DNA from: a virus
Lineage: Duplodnaviria; Caudoviricetes
Virus record (IMG/VR): IMGVR_UViG_3300012940_000104
Coordinates: 1-24,076 of that record
Length of the DNA: 24,076 bases
Strand: one strand, 5' to 3'
Position 1 is the first letter of the stretch. The number at the start of each line of letters is the position of its first letter. The notes beneath the pieces were generated by a model. It was not told where the DNA came from, did no database searches, and worked only from the letters and a program-made list of their open reading frames with translations. The position numbers and the translations under genes are program-made. Shown here piece by piece: positions 1 through 8,579 of this stretch.

Positions 1-1230
1 ACCCTGGTCTGGGTCGAGGGCGAAATGGACAAGCTTTCGCTGGAAGAGGCCGGGTTTACGTCGGTGGTTTCTGTGCCAGACGGCGCGCCGGCCCCCGACT
101 CCAAGTCCTACGACAGCAAATTCGACTTCATGGACTGCAAGGAGCTGGAGAGGGTCACGACCCACATCATTGCGGTGGACAATGACGCTCCGGGCCGGCG
201 TCTGGAAGAAGAGCTCGTGCGCCGCCTGGGCCGCGAGAAGTGCTTGGTGGTTTCCTGGCCGGATGGGTGCAAGGACGCAAACGATGTCCTGTTGCAGCAT
301 GGCTCCGACGCCTTGGAGCAAGCCATCCGCAGCGCCCAGCCCCTGCCTGTGCAGGGCGTTCATACCGCAAGCGGCTTTCTGTCGGCGATCCTGCGCCGGT
401 ACGACGGCGAGCACCCGAAAGGCGCGTCAACTGGCTGGGCTGAGCTGGACAAGCATTACACCGTCCTGGGCGGCGAATGGACGCTGGTTACGGGCATCCC
501 CGGCCACGGCAAATCCGAGTGGCTCGATGCCCTGATGATCAACCTGGCGAAGCAGCACGGCTGGAAATTCGGCGTGTTCTCCCCTGAGAACTTCCCCCTG
601 GAGTACCACGCCGAGAAGCTGATGGAGAAGTACACAGGCAAGCCGTTTCACCCAGGCCCGACTGAGCGCATGAACACCGCAGATCTCGACCGTGCCGTTA
701 CGTTCATCGACCAGCATTTCTTCTTCCAGCACCCGGAGCGGCCCACGCTCGATGAACTTCTTGACCAGGGCAGGCAGCTGGTGGCGCAGCATGGCATTCG
801 CGGCATGGTCATGGACCCCTGGAACGAGATCGAGCACGTCTACGACAAAGGCCAAACCGAAACCCAATATGTGTCCGAGGCGCTTAGCAGGATTCGCAGG
901 TTCGCCCGAGACAACGGGGTTCATGTCTGGCTGGTTGCCCACCCGGCCAAGCTCTACAAGGACAAGGAAACGGGCGATTATCCGGTGCCGACACCCTACG
1001 ACGTATCCGGCTCGGCGCACTGGCGCAACAAGGCCGACAACTGCATCACGATCTACCGGCACCTTCAGGACGACACGAAGCCTATTGAGGTTCACATCCA
1101 GAAGATCCGCAAGAAGTACGTGGGTCAGATTGGCATGGTGGAAATGAGCTACAGCAGGGTTACCGGTCAATACCGCCCCTTCGCGGGATATGCGCCCGTG
1201 TATTCGATGTACGAGGGGCAGCCGGCATGA
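1..1230 (+). CDS. Twinkle/T7 gp4-type TOPRIM primase-SF4 helicase, 5'-truncated
   Basis: Frame is open from base 1 (TLVWVEGEMD, TOPRIM EGxxD). Also AVDND and KDANDVL primase motifs, Walker A GIPGHGKS, Walker B MVMDPW, VAHP and YDVSGSAHW..KAD helicase motifs. Confidence 0.92.
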   Translation, partial: TLVWVEGEMDKLSLEEAGFTSVVSVPDGAPAPDSKSYDSKFDFMDCKELERVTTHIIAVDNDAPGRRLEEELVRRLGREKCLVVSWPDGCKDANDVLLQHGSDALEQAIRSAQPLPVQGVHTASGFLSAILRRYDGEHPKGASTGWAELDKHYTVLGGEWTLVTGIPGHGKSEWLDALMINLAKQHGWKFGVFSPENFPLEYHAEKLMEKYTGKPFHPGPTERMNTADLDRAVTFIDQHFFFQHPERPTLDELLDQGRQLVAQHGIRGMVMDPWNEIEHVYDKGQTETQYVSEALSRIRRFARDNGVHVWLVAHPAKLYKDKETGDYPVPTPYDVSGSAHWRNKADNCITIYRHLQDDTKPIEVHIQKIRKKYVGQIGMVEMSYSRVTGQYRPFAGYAPVYSMYEGQPA

Positions 1231-1598
1231 ACCTCGACCGCCTTCAGATCGTGCTGCCCTGGCCGGATTCCAGGCTCATGCCCAACCGAAAGCACGGGCG
1301 GCATTGGGGCGAAACGATCCGGGCGAAGGTGGCTGCCAGGACGGCAGGGATCTATGCCGCTGAGGCGGCCTTGGGGGGGAATCAATTGAGCGTGGGCGAC
1401 CGCATCCCGGTGCGATTGACCTTCGTGGCCCCGAATCGACGCAAGCGCGACCTGGACAACCTACTCGCGGCAATGAAACACGCCCTAGATGGGATTGCGA
1501 TGTACCTGGAAGTAGATGACAGCAGATTCCGCCCGATGACCCTTGACGACGGCATCGACAAGGAAAAGAAGGGCTTCGTGTTGGTTGAACTTGGATAG
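1227..1598 (+). CDS. rusA: RusA-family Holliday junction resolvase
   Basis: RRKRDLDNLLAAMKHALDG and VDDS motifs, N-terminal LPWP, ATGA overlap with the helicase gene, typical nin-region position. Confidence 0.85.
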   Translation: MNLDRLQIVLPWPDSRLMPNRKHGRHWGETIRAKVAARTAGIYAAEAALGGNQLSVGDRIPVRLTFVAPNRRKRDLDNLLAAMKHALDGIAMYLEVDDSRFRPMTLDDGIDKEKKGFVLVELG

Positions 1599-1608
1599 GA
1601 GAAGGGAA

Positions 1609-1965
1609 ATGTTAAGCAAACAGCAAAAGACCATCGCGGCGCAACTGATGCGGGCGAGCGCCATAGAGCGGTTGTCTCGCATGGGCGCCCCGGTCAAACC
1701 AGAGGGTAAGGCGAAGATTTCGTATCTCGCCAAGCTGGTCAACCAGTACGCCGGGTTGCCGTTCACCGAGGACCCGATGGACATGATCCGGGCGTTCGCT
1801 ACGGAGAAAGAGTTAGCCGCAGTGCCGAGCCGCGAACTCAACGGCATGCGTCAGCCGGCGTACAAGATGCCGCCCGCGTTCGTGATCGCAGCCGAACGCG
1901 CCAGGGCCTGCCAGCCGCCGATGATGAGCGTGTGCGGCTTGCGGGAAGGGTGGGACGGGCTGTGA
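1609..1965 (+). CDS. Phage hypothetical protein (118 aa)
   Basis: ATG at 1609 after the purine-rich SD AGGAGAAGGG; stop overlaps the next GTG start (GTGA). Confidence 0.7.
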   Translation: MLSKQQKTIAAQLMRASAIERLSRMGAPVKPEGKAKISYLAKLVNQYAGLPFTEDPMDMIRAFATEKELAAVPSRELNGMRQPAYKMPPAFVIAAERARACQPPMMSVCGLREGWDGL

Positions 1966-2141
1966 GCGGCATCCAGTGGTGGCATCTGCCCGCGCTGTTC
2001 ACGGTCGTCGTGTTGGCGGCGATGGGCCGGCCCTCCAAGAGGGCCCACAACCCCTTTCTCGCCATTGTCAAACTGATATTGATCCTGCTCGGAGTTATCG
2101 CCGTGCTGATAGCGTGGCTGGCGGGAGCGCTGCTGCGATGA
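1962..2141 (+). CDS. Small membrane protein with two hydrophobic segments (59 aa)
   Basis: GTGA overlap upstream and ATGA overlap downstream; hydrophobic runs LPALFTVVVLAAM and LILILLGVIAVLIAWLAGALL. Confidence 0.65.
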   Translation: MSGIQWWHLPALFTVVVLAAMGRPSKRAHNPFLAIVKLILILLGVIAVLIAWLAGALLR

Positions 2142-2671
2142 CCAAGGCACTTCCCTGGTTCATGTACCAAGACCCCGCCATCGTCTGCGAGCAGCAAGAG
2201 GCATGGCGGAACAACCAGGCCCGGAGAAAGCAGGAGCCGGCCATGACCATCAATGACCTTTTCAGTGAGGCCCCAGTGACGAAGGACGAAAGCGCACAGT
2301 TCGAGGATATTCTGCTGATTTGGTACAGGATATCGAAGGCGGATAAGGAAAATTTGGGCTATAGCCCGATATCGCCTGGGTTCGAGAAGTGCACGTCAAC
2401 CGACGTGTATTTCGACGAACAAGACGCGGCAGATGCCGCCGACGAGAAGATCAACCATTACATAGCCGAACAAGTAGACGTCTGCCTCAGTACGTTGCCC
2501 GCTGCGCAGCGCATTGCGGTAGACGTCCACGCCAGGAACAAGTATGTCGGGAACGCCGTATTCCGAAACCCTCGGGTGACGCCAGAAGAGCAACACATTG
2601 CGTATCAGGCGGCAAAAGCTACTTTGTTGCCAATGTTGCGCAAACGCGACTTGATCACGGCGACCACTTGA
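2138..2671 (+). CDS. Putative Q-like late antiterminator
   Basis: Last early gene, directly before a promoter-terminator pair and the late operon; C-terminal helical sigma4-like segment (VDVCLSTLPAAQRIAV...). Start is uncertain (2138, 2243 or 2276). Function inferred from position. Confidence 0.6.
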   Translation: MTKALPWFMYQDPAIVCEQQEAWRNNQARRKQEPAMTINDLFSEAPVTKDESAQFEDILLIWYRISKADKENLGYSPISPGFEKCTSTDVYFDEQDAADAADEKINHYIAEQVDVCLSTLPAAQRIAVDVHARNKYVGNAVFRNPRVTPEEQHIAYQAAKATLLPMLRKRDLITATT

Positions 2672-2696
2672 GTTGTTTGGGTAGCGGGCGCAGAAT
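2668..2696 (+). promoter_or_regulatory. Putative pR'-like late promoter
   Basis: TTGAGT (2668-2673), 17-bp spacer, CAGAAT (2691-2696), at the end of the Q-like gene and just upstream of an intrinsic terminator. Confidence 0.5.
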
Positions 2697-2724
2697 TGAA
2701 GCGAGCCAAGTTGCGCCCAAAATC

Positions 2725-2757
2725 AGCCCGCCATCCGTAAGGATCGGCGGGTTTTTT
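2725..2757 (+). terminator. Intrinsic terminator (tR'-like)
   Basis: Stem GCCCGCC-ATCC / GTAA loop / GGAT-C-GGCGGGT followed by a T run. Confidence 0.85.
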
Positions 2758-2777
2758 GCGTTCTACCCAGGAAACCA

Positions 2778-3722
2778 ATGGCACAAACTTCCCTAAGCCC
2801 TGAAGCTGCAAGTCAGGCACTGACAGCAGTAAGGGTGTGCGAGGGGAATGTCTCTGCTGCCGCGAAACTGCTGGGGATGCCGCGTCCGACCCTTGTTAAC
2901 CGCCTGAGGGTGGCGGAGCTGATGGGCGCGAAGCCCGAAATGCGGCTAGTTGACACCGGGCAGTACGAGGAAGCGCACCTGACGATCAAGAACGGTAGCG
3001 CGGTTTTCTCGGGCGACGACCACTTTATTCCGGGCGTTGTTCCCGTTGCGCATAAGGCGCTCATCAACGTGCTTGGCGAGCTGGGGAGCGCTGTGAAGGC
3101 CCAGGTCAAGATGGGCGATTCGCTCGACTTCGCTGGGATATCCAAGCACCCCAAGAGTGGCTGGGAAGGGCGCCTGACGGTCAAGCAGGAGCTGGAGGTG
3201 ACGCGGGAGCGCTTCGAGGAATTGCGAGAGGCGGCCCCGAAGACCAAGCGCATCCGCCTGAAGTCCAACCATGACATCCGCTTCGAGGCGCGGCTGGCGC
3301 TGGTGGCTCCCGAGTTCGAGGGGCTGACCGGCTTTCGCCTGCGCGACCACCTCTCGCATTGGGATGAGGTAGACCGCGCGGTAGTGAACGAGGAACTGTT
3401 CGCCCTACACGGCTGGCACGGCGGGGTACACGCAGGCTGGAACAACGTCGTCAAGGGCGCTGACAGCCATGTTGTGACGGGGCACACCCATCTGCTGGGC
3501 TGCCACCACCTGAAAGGCTTCAGAAAGACGCGGTATGCCATCCAGACGGGCATGATCGCCGACGCCGTGACGCCGCACTTCAGGTATGCGAAGGGCGCGC
3601 CCACGAACTGGCAGTCAGGCTTTGCCGTGCTGACCTGGGCAGATGGAGAGTTGCTGTACCCGGAATTCTGCGTAGTGCGAGACGACGGGAAAGCGTATTT
3701 CAGAGGCAAGCGGGTAGCGTAG
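2778..3722 (+). CDS. Fis-type HTH fused to a calcineurin-like metallophosphoesterase
   Basis: HTH GNVSAAAKLLGMPRPTLVNRL; metallophosphoesterase motifs GDDH, GDSLD, SNHD, HG and GHTH in canonical order. Confidence 0.85.
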   Translation: MAQTSLSPEAASQALTAVRVCEGNVSAAAKLLGMPRPTLVNRLRVAELMGAKPEMRLVDTGQYEEAHLTIKNGSAVFSGDDHFIPGVVPVAHKALINVLGELGSAVKAQVKMGDSLDFAGISKHPKSGWEGRLTVKQELEVTRERFEELREAAPKTKRIRLKSNHDIRFEARLALVAPEFEGLTGFRLRDHLSHWDEVDRAVVNEELFALHGWHGGVHAGWNNVVKGADSHVVTGHTHLLGCHHLKGFRKTRYAIQTGMIADAVTPHFRYAKGAPTNWQSGFAVLTWADGELLYPEFCVVRDDGKAYFRGKRVA

Positions 3723-3757
3723 GCGCCCAAGAAACCCAACATCGATTAGGGGCCAAC

Positions 3758-4069
3758 ATGGCTTACATCATCAACACAAGCAATACCCCGGTGCGCCGCA
3801 TTGAGGCGCTGGCGGGCACAGAAGACGCCCTGGTGGGCAGTACCGCCATTGACGAAGGGAACGGCGACATCTACGCGCTGATCTCCTCGGGCTGGATGAA
3901 AGTATGGGACCACGAGACGGGTACACCGGCATCCCCCGCGCTGCCTGACGGTACGACGATCACCGTATCGAACGGCCTGGAAGGTGGGGAGCTGGTCGAG
4001 GTCGAATGCACTGTTACCGATGGCAAGGCGATCATCCCCGAGGGCTATACGCTCGCTGAGGCCGCATAA
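3758..4069 (+). CDS. Acidic hypothetical protein, possibly a virion accessory
   Basis: SD AGGGG, clean 103-aa ORF filling the gap before terS. Confidence 0.7.
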   Translation: MAYIINTSNTPVRRIEALAGTEDALVGSTAIDEGNGDIYALISSGWMKVWDHETGTPASPALPDGTTITVSNGLEGGELVEVECTVTDGKAIIPEGYTLAEAA

Positions 4070-4100
4070 ATCGGTTCGACCAACCCGATAGGGAGTCGAG

Positions 4101-4391
4101 ATGACTGAAAAACAATCGAAACAATCTTCTGGGCGCGGCGGGAAGCGCCCTGGGGCTGGGCGCCCCAAGGGTTCGCTGGACAAGGGCAATGCCCTGATCC
4201 GTGAAATGGTTGTCGAGGCCCTGAACGAGGCGGGCGGCGTTGCCTACCTGGTCGAATGCGCCAAAGACCCGAAAACCACGAGCGCCTTCCTGTCGCTGAT
4301 AGGCAAGGTACTGCCCGTGCAGATCTCGGGCGAGGGCGGTGGCCCTGTCCAGACTGTCACGCGCATTGAGTTGGTGCCGCTAGCCAAGTGA
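4101..4391 (+). CDS. terS: Terminase small subunit
   Basis: SD GGGAG; GGKRPGAGRPKGS basic motif typical of small terminases; overlaps the terL start (GTGA). Confidence 0.75.
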   Translation: MTEKQSKQSSGRGGKRPGAGRPKGSLDKGNALIREMVVEALNEAGGVAYLVECAKDPKTTSAFLSLIGKVLPVQISGEGGGPVQTVTRIELVPLAK

Positions 4392-5695
4392 CCGCTGTTC
4401 AAGTTTCCCTCCCGCCGAAGCTGATTCCAGTTTTCGACGGCGAGGCGGACGTTCGCTGGTCGTGCGGTGGGCGGGGGTCGGGCAAGACGCGCTCGTTCGC
4501 CAAGATGGTCGCAGTACGTGGCTACATGTTTGGAAACATGGGGATTACCGGGCAACTGGTGTGCGGGCGGCAGTTCATGAACTCGCTTGAGGATTCTTCG
4601 CTGGAGGAATGCAAGCGAGCCATTGAGGAAGAGCCGTTTCTTGCCGCGTACTACGAGGTGGGCGAGAAATACATCAAGAGCCGCGACGGCCGCGTGTGGT
4701 TCACCTTCGTGGGTCTGGACCGGAACGTCGCTAGCATCAAATCAAAGGGCCGGATTCTGATCCTGTGGGTGGATGAGGCCGAGCCGGTTGCTGAGACAGC
4801 GTGGACGACCGTTATCCCCACCCTTCGAGAAGAGGGCGAGGACTGGAACGCTGAGTTGTGGGTGACCTGGAACCCAATGCGCAAGACCGCGCCGGTAGAG
4901 GCTCGATTCCGTTTCAGCGACGACCCGCTAATTAAGGGCGTGGAACTCAACTGGCGGGACAACCCGAAGTTCCCTGCCAAGTTGGAGCGTGACCGCCAGC
5001 GCGACTTGCGTGATAGGCCGGACCAGTATGAACACATCTGGGAAGGCGCGTACGCCACGGTGGTTGAAGGTGCGTACTACGCCGCTCACCTGACGAAGGC
5101 GAAGCAAGACGGGCGCATTGGTTTCGTGCCGGCCGATCCGCTGATGACGATCAGGTTGTTCTGCGACATCGGCGGGACGGGGGCTCGTGCTGATGCATTT
5201 GCCATTTGGGCCGCCCAATTCATCGGCCTGGAAATCAGGGTCTTGGACTACTACGAGTCGGTAGGGCAGCCGCTGGACGCTCATCTGCGTTGGATGCGAG
5301 GCCGAGGATACAACCCGGACGCCGCGCAGATTTGGCTGCCTCATGATGGCGCCACGCAAGACAAGGTGCACGCGGTGTCGTACGAATCGGCGCTGCGTCA
5401 GGCTGGGTACACGGTGACTGTGGTGCCGAATCAGGGCCGAGGCGCTGCTATGGCCCGGATTCAAGAGGGTCGCCGACTGTTCCCGCGCATGCGATTTAAC
5501 GAGTCAACCACGGCGCCGGGGCGCGATGCGCTGGGCTGGTATCACGAGAAGAAAGACGATAAGCGCGGCATCGGCCTCGGGCCTGAGCACGATTGGGCGA
5601 GTCATGGCGCCGATGCATTTGGCCTGATGGCTGTTGTCTACGAAGAACCGAAATCAATGGCGCCGCTGAACTACGGCTCCCTGGGAATTGTCTAA
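4388..5695 (+). CDS. terL: Terminase large subunit (PBSX/Terminase_3-like)
   Basis: Walker A GGRGSGKT, Walker B WVDEAE, coupling motif TWNP, NWRDNP, nuclease motifs CDIG and HGADAF. Confidence 0.95.
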   Translation: MTAVQVSLPPKLIPVFDGEADVRWSCGGRGSGKTRSFAKMVAVRGYMFGNMGITGQLVCGRQFMNSLEDSSLEECKRAIEEEPFLAAYYEVGEKYIKSRDGRVWFTFVGLDRNVASIKSKGRILILWVDEAEPVAETAWTTVIPTLREEGEDWNAELWVTWNPMRKTAPVEARFRFSDDPLIKGVELNWRDNPKFPAKLERDRQRDLRDRPDQYEHIWEGAYATVVEGAYYAAHLTKAKQDGRIGFVPADPLMTIRLFCDIGGTGARADAFAIWAAQFIGLEIRVLDYYESVGQPLDAHLRWMRGRGYNPDAAQIWLPHDGATQDKVHAVSYESALRQAGYTVTVVPNQGRGAAMARIQEGRRLFPRMRFNESTTAPGRDALGWYHEKKDDKRGIGLGPEHDWASHGADAFGLMAVVYEEPKSMAPLNYGSLGIV

Positions 5696-7873
5696 ATGGC
5701 ACGTATGCAAGACGACCAGCTACGCGCGCAACTGGATCATGAAATCCAGACCAGCGCGAACTGGCAAGTCTCGACTATCCGCGACGAGCAGGAGCGCAAC
5801 TTGGCGTTCTATCTCGGCCTGCCTATGGGCAATGAGGTCGAGGGGCGCTCGCAAGTCCAAAGCCTGGACGTTTTCGAGGTGGTCGAGTCGGTCCTGCCGG
5901 AAATGCTGGAGCCGTTCTTCTCCGGGGACAACATCGGGCGCTTTGAGCCTACTCAACCGAACGACGAGGCATTCGCAGACCAGGCGAGCGACTACGTGAA
6001 CTACGTGGTCAAGCGGCAGAACAAAGGCTTCTTGCTGTTCAATACCTGGATTAAGGACGGCTTGCTGTCGAAGGTCGGCGTGGTTCGGGCCGAATGGGTC
6101 AAATGTGACCCGAAGCGTGAGGAATACCAGGGTCTAACCGATGACCAGGTGGCGCTGATGCTCCAGGATTCTCGCATCCAGATCATCGAGCACGAGACGT
6201 ACCCGGTCCCTGGCATGGAAATGCCCGTTGTGCCGGAAGGCGTGGACCCGAATGAGGTTCCGCTGCCGCCGATGCTGCATGACGTGGTGATCCTGCGCCA
6301 GATGCCCGGGCGGGTGAGGGTCGAGAACGTCAAGCCTGAGAATTTCATTGTGTCTCGTGGCGCTGCAAGTCTGGAAGCGTCGAAGGTGGTCGGCGAGATC
6401 GTCAAGTACACCCGGTCAGACCTGATCGAGATGGGCATCAGCAGGCAAGCGGCCGATGATGTCACGTCGTACGACATCGGGACTGGCCAACTCGAAACGC
6501 TGGACGATATCCGCGAGGATGGCGAAGGGGCTGAGTACGAAGACGACGCCGCTGACCCGGCGCTTCAAGAAGTCCACCTGTTTCGCGGCTTCCTGAAGGT
6601 CGATTACAACGGTGACGGCGTGGCCGAATACCGGCGTGTGCTGGTTGGCGGAAATGCGATCCTGGAGAACGAAGAGGCAGACTGCCATAACTACGCGGTT
6701 TGGACGCCGATTCCGGTTCCGCATCGCATCATTGGCCTGGGGTATGCCGACATCGCAGCCGAATCGCAGCGCCTGAAAACTGCCCTGACTCGTCAGTTCG
6801 TCGATTCGATCTTCCTGGCGAACAATCCTCGTACCTACGTCAACATGACGGCGCAGGTCAACATCGAGGACATGCTATCAAACCGGATTGGGGGCATTAT
6901 CCGAGGCAACGGGCCGGCGCAGGATGCGCTCAGCCCGGTCAAAACGACGCTGGTAGCCTCGGAATCGCTTCAGGCCATCGAGTTTGCGGACACGCAGCGC
7001 GAGCAACGCACCGGGGTGACTCGATACAACCAGGGTCTGGATGCTGACAGTCTGAACAAGACGGCTGCGGGCGTACAGAAGGTCATGAACGCGGCCCAGA
7101 AGCGGCTGTTGTTGACCCTGCGGATATTTGCGGAAACGGGCGCCACTGACCTGTTCAAACTGGTCTTGCGCCTGGTCACGAAGTACCAGGACGTGCCAAG
7201 CACGATCCGGCTTCGGGATGAATGGGTCAACTTCGACCCCAGAGGCTGGAACCCAGATATGGATGTGTCCATTGAGGTGGGCATCGGATCAGGCGACCGC
7301 ACCGAAACTTTGATGATGCTGCAGCAGTTCGGCCAGTTCATGGCCCAGGCTGCACAGGTTGGGGTTGTTGGCCCGCAGCAGGTATACGAGTTCGGCAAGC
7401 GCCTGATCAAGAATGCCAAGATCAAGGGCGGCGAGGATGATCTGCTGCTCGACCCGAGCAAACAGCCCCCGAAACCCCCGCAGCCGAATCCTGAGATGCT
7501 AAAGATTCAGGCTCAGCAGCAGATCGAGCAGGCGAAGCTCGCCGCGAATCAGCAGTTGAAGCAGGCCGAATTGGCGCAACAGGCGGAAATCGAGCGGTTG
7601 AAGGCTCAGTATCAGGCCCAAGTGGATCAGGCCAAGTTCGCCGCCGAGTCTGAGCAACAGCAGTTGCGCATCCAGATGGAGGCGGAACTGAACCAGATGC
7701 GCCTGAACAACGAAATGCAGGTGCAGCAGGCTCGCATGGCGTTCGAGCGCTGGAAGGCAGAAGGGGACTTCGCGACCAAAATACAGGTAGCCAATATCAG
7801 CAGCAAGGCGAAGGTGGACAACGAGGCTACACAGGCGGCGACTGCTGAGATTGCCAGGGAGGTTCGGCCATGA
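5696..7873 (+). CDS. P22-like portal protein
   Basis: 725 aa directly after terL; WIKDGLLSKVG and RTGVTRYNQG motifs; long Q/A-rich C-terminal coiled-coil barrel. Confidence 0.92.
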   Translation: MARMQDDQLRAQLDHEIQTSANWQVSTIRDEQERNLAFYLGLPMGNEVEGRSQVQSLDVFEVVESVLPEMLEPFFSGDNIGRFEPTQPNDEAFADQASDYVNYVVKRQNKGFLLFNTWIKDGLLSKVGVVRAEWVKCDPKREEYQGLTDDQVALMLQDSRIQIIEHETYPVPGMEMPVVPEGVDPNEVPLPPMLHDVVILRQMPGRVRVENVKPENFIVSRGAASLEASKVVGEIVKYTRSDLIEMGISRQAADDVTSYDIGTGQLETLDDIREDGEGAEYEDDAADPALQEVHLFRGFLKVDYNGDGVAEYRRVLVGGNAILENEEADCHNYAVWTPIPVPHRIIGLGYADIAAESQRLKTALTRQFVDSIFLANNPRTYVNMTAQVNIEDMLSNRIGGIIRGNGPAQDALSPVKTTLVASESLQAIEFADTQREQRTGVTRYNQGLDADSLNKTAAGVQKVMNAAQKRLLLTLRIFAETGATDLFKLVLRLVTKYQDVPSTIRLRDEWVNFDPRGWNPDMDVSIEVGIGSGDRTETLMMLQQFGQFMAQAAQVGVVGPQQVYEFGKRLIKNAKIKGGEDDLLLDPSKQPPKPPQPNPEMLKIQAQQQIEQAKLAANQQLKQAELAQQAEIERLKAQYQAQVDQAKFAAESEQQQLRIQMEAELNQMRLNNEMQVQQARMAFERWKAEGDFATKIQVANISSKAKVDNEATQAATAEIAREVRP

Positions 7874-8283
7874 AAGGCTTCGACCTTGCGCAGTTGGCCG
7901 GCCTGTTCTCCGGGGTGCCGCTTCCTGAGCCGCAAGAGAGTCGGTACCGTTTGTGGGCGCTATTTAATGACATTCCACAATCGAACGATTACGACATGCG
8001 GGGGTTTTACAAGGGTTTGATGAGCCTGGATTCTGACGCCGGATCAGCGATCAATCCGAACGACAACCAGATGCACTTCCCCGACAAATGGAAGTTGCCG
8101 AACCACCCGTCATTTTCCACGGACAGTAAGTATTACGACGCGGCGAAGATGCCGGGCACGCCAAGCTGGTTCGGGGGCAATCTGCCCAATGGTGGCGCCT
8201 CCTGGGCGTTGCGGCGGCCAGATGGCTCGCCGGTCATGCAAGAGGCGCCGTGGTGGGTCAATGGGATTCTTGGGACGAAATGA
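7870..8283 (+). CDS. Phage hypothetical protein (DYDMRGFY / PNHPSFS motifs)
   Basis: SD GGGAGG; ATGA overlaps at both ends; 137 aa. Confidence 0.8.
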   Translation: MKGFDLAQLAGLFSGVPLPEPQESRYRLWALFNDIPQSNDYDMRGFYKGLMSLDSDAGSAINPNDNQMHFPDKWKLPNHPSFSTDSKYYDAAKMPGTPSWFGGNLPNGGASWALRRPDGSPVMQEAPWWVNGILGTK

Positions 8284-8579
8284 ACCAACAGAACGATCTC
8301 GCCAAGGGCGAGCAAGCCCGCACGCTGCTATCTGAACCACTATTCAATGAGGCGTTCGACACTCTGGAGGCCTCGTTGGTCGATATGCTGCTGGCGCTGC
8401 CCATCGAGGCGGATGATCAACGGTTGAGGGTGGTGTGTATGCACAAGGCTGCCCAGCAGGTACGGCAAATACTGGCCAGTTACGTCGCCGGCGCAGAGAT
8501 CGCCCGGGCGGACATCCTGCAGGAAGAGCAGCGCAAGTCCGTATTGGAACGAATCAAGGAGCGTGTTCGCCGTGGATGA
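8280..8579 (+). CDS. Small helical head-region protein
   Basis: ATG at 8280 overlaps the previous stop; GEQARTLLSEPLFNEAF pattern resembles post-portal genes of podoviruses. Confidence 0.75.
   Translation: MNQQNDLAKGEQARTLLSEPLFNEAFDTLEASLVDMLLALPIEADDQRLRVVCMHKAAQQVRQILASYVAGAEIARADILQEEQRKSVLERIKERVRRG

Noticed and set aside
427-1170. 247-aa minus-strand ORF
   Set aside because: Codon-register mirror of the helicase gene; no recognisable domain.
2813-3742. 309-aa minus-strand ORF
   Set aside because: Shadow of the metallophosphoesterase gene; S/R/P-rich with no motifs, as expected in high-GC coding DNA.
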